Part shown: positions 34,679 to 35,987 of the stretch, one piece after another
Layout: every line of letters starts with the position of its first letter
Numbering within the stretch: position 1 is the stretch's first letter
Origin: Reclinomonas americana ATCC 50394
Lineage: Eukaryota
Assembly: GCA_048213135.1 (NCBI GenBank)
Contig: PS015403.1
Location: 3,459-39,445 of the forward strand
Reading direction: 5' to 3'
Length of the DNA: 35,987 nucleotides
Made by a program: the position numbers and the translations under genes
Notes under the pieces: generated by a model
Told to the model about the DNA's origin: nothing
Seen by the model: only the letters and a program-made list of their open reading frames with translations
The model's database searches: none

Positions 34679-35434
34679 TCACTTGACGTGCACCCACCAC
34701 GTCGGCGCCGTGTCCACTCCTTGCGCGCGCTGCCTCTCCGAGCTCTTGGCCAGTCGGCGGTAGTGGTGGAGGACGGGCTCGGTGTAGCCATTCGGCAGAT
34801 CGCATCCCTCGAAGACCAGGGCGAGGGCGGCACGCATGGCAAGGTTGCGGTGGTTGACCTCCAGTGGCTTGTACGCACGATCGCCGGCGTTTTGCTGATT
34901 GACCACTCTGGCCATGCGCGCGAACGAGTCAAACACCTGCTCGGCGGTGACGACTTCGTGCGCAAGCCAGTTGGCCACGTGCTGCGAGCTGATGCGCAGC
35001 GTGGCGCGATCCTCCATCAGTGGCACGTCGCTAATGTCGGGCACCTGACAAGATAACGATTGAGTAGGCGGCCAGCGAATTCTTGATCACAGACTCTCAC
35101 CTTCGAGCATCCGACACCCTGGTCGACCCATCGCACCACGTAGCCGAGCATGCTCTGCACGTTGTTGTCCAGCTCGCGTGCAATTTCCTCGGCGCCCAGC
35201 TTGACATCGGCCGGCAGCAGCGGTGGCGACAGCAGGTCGGTCAGTGACGCGCGCGGTCCGCCTTCCTTCAGCACCGCCTGCTTGGTGCGCACATCCACTT
35301 GGTGGTAATGCAGGGCGTGCAGGGTCGCGGCGGTGGGACTCGGGCACCACGCGCAGCTGGCACCGGCAGCCGGATGGCCGACCTTGGTGGCCAGCAGGCC
35401 CTTCATGTCGTCGGGAGCTGGGGAGGAGAGGAAG

Positions 35435-35465
<31 letters not shown>

Positions 35466-35649
35466 GAAGTGAAGAGAATAGAAGAAGAAATGCCTCTCTC
35501 CCAACTCACCTGCCCACATGCCCTTGCCGATCTGGCCGTGCCCGACGAGACCGAGAGACAGGCCAGCGTCCACGTTGCCGTCTTCGTAGGCACGCATGAA
35601 TGGTTGGCTCTTGATTTGTGCTTTTGGCAGCATCGCGCCGGCAATCATG
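34679..35649 (-). CDS. glcB: Malate synthase G, 3' three exons (5' part beyond window)
   Basis: [13 protein letters not shown]...[83 protein letters not shown], all diagnostic of the G isoform. Exons 35649-35510, 35417-35101, 35045-34679. Confidence 0.93.
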
Positions 35650-35894
35650 CTGCGAAGGGGGAAAGAGTGAGGAAAGGGAGAGTGATAGAGGAAGGGAGGG
35701 AGAGAGAAAGGGAGGGGGGAGTAGGGGGAAAGGGGGGAGGGAGGGAGAGAGGGAGAGAGGGAGGGAAGCGAGTGATAAGGCGGAGGTGATGAATGCGAGA
35801 GAGGGAGAGAGAGGGAGCGATGGGGATAGATAGCGAGTGTGATTGCGATCAGCGACTGCAGCGTGTGAGAGCATGCAGTGAATGTGTGTGGGAG

Positions 35895-35925
<31 letters not shown>

Positions 35926-35987
35926 GGAGGGAAGGAAAGGAAGAAGTGAGAGGAGGAGGGCATAGAAAGAAGAGAGCACAAGAAGAA

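Noticed and set aside
93-35649. Acetate/glyoxylate gene cluster (ACS + malate synthase)
   Set aside because: The genes are 33 kb apart with unrelated genes between them; probably coincidence.
1-35987. Alternative genetic code, tRNA or rRNA genes
   Set aside because: All spliced genes translate with the standard code and use TGA, TAA and TAG as stops; no RNA gene signature was recognised by eye.

Overview
Eukaryotic (protist-like) GC-rich draft-scaffold DNA with ten N gaps and many short spliceosomal introns; the organism cannot be named from the sequence alone. Hand-splicing gives, in order: the 3' part of an acetyl-CoA synthetase containing a U12-type AT-AC intron; a 19-exon, ~1339-aa gene fusing macro domain, coiled coil, protein kinase and HECT E3 ligase; a flavin amine oxidase ending in PTS1 (AKL); a tandem array of four Crinkler(CR)-like P-loop NTPase + restriction-endonuclease-fold genes; the start of a calponin-homology protein; GRWD1/RRB1 with repeated E2F-like upstream motifs; a Pro/Ser/Thr-rich protein with a PGPGSY (SHIPPO/STPG-like) motif; and the 3' part of a bacterial-type malate synthase G with introns. 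The most striking pattern is that about 20 of roughly 70 hand-parsed introns use a 5' splice site that is the normal donor with one extra T (GTTGCGT, GTTGAGT, GTTGTGT, GTTACGT). Three small gap-flanked contigs appear to be assembled in the wrong orientation.
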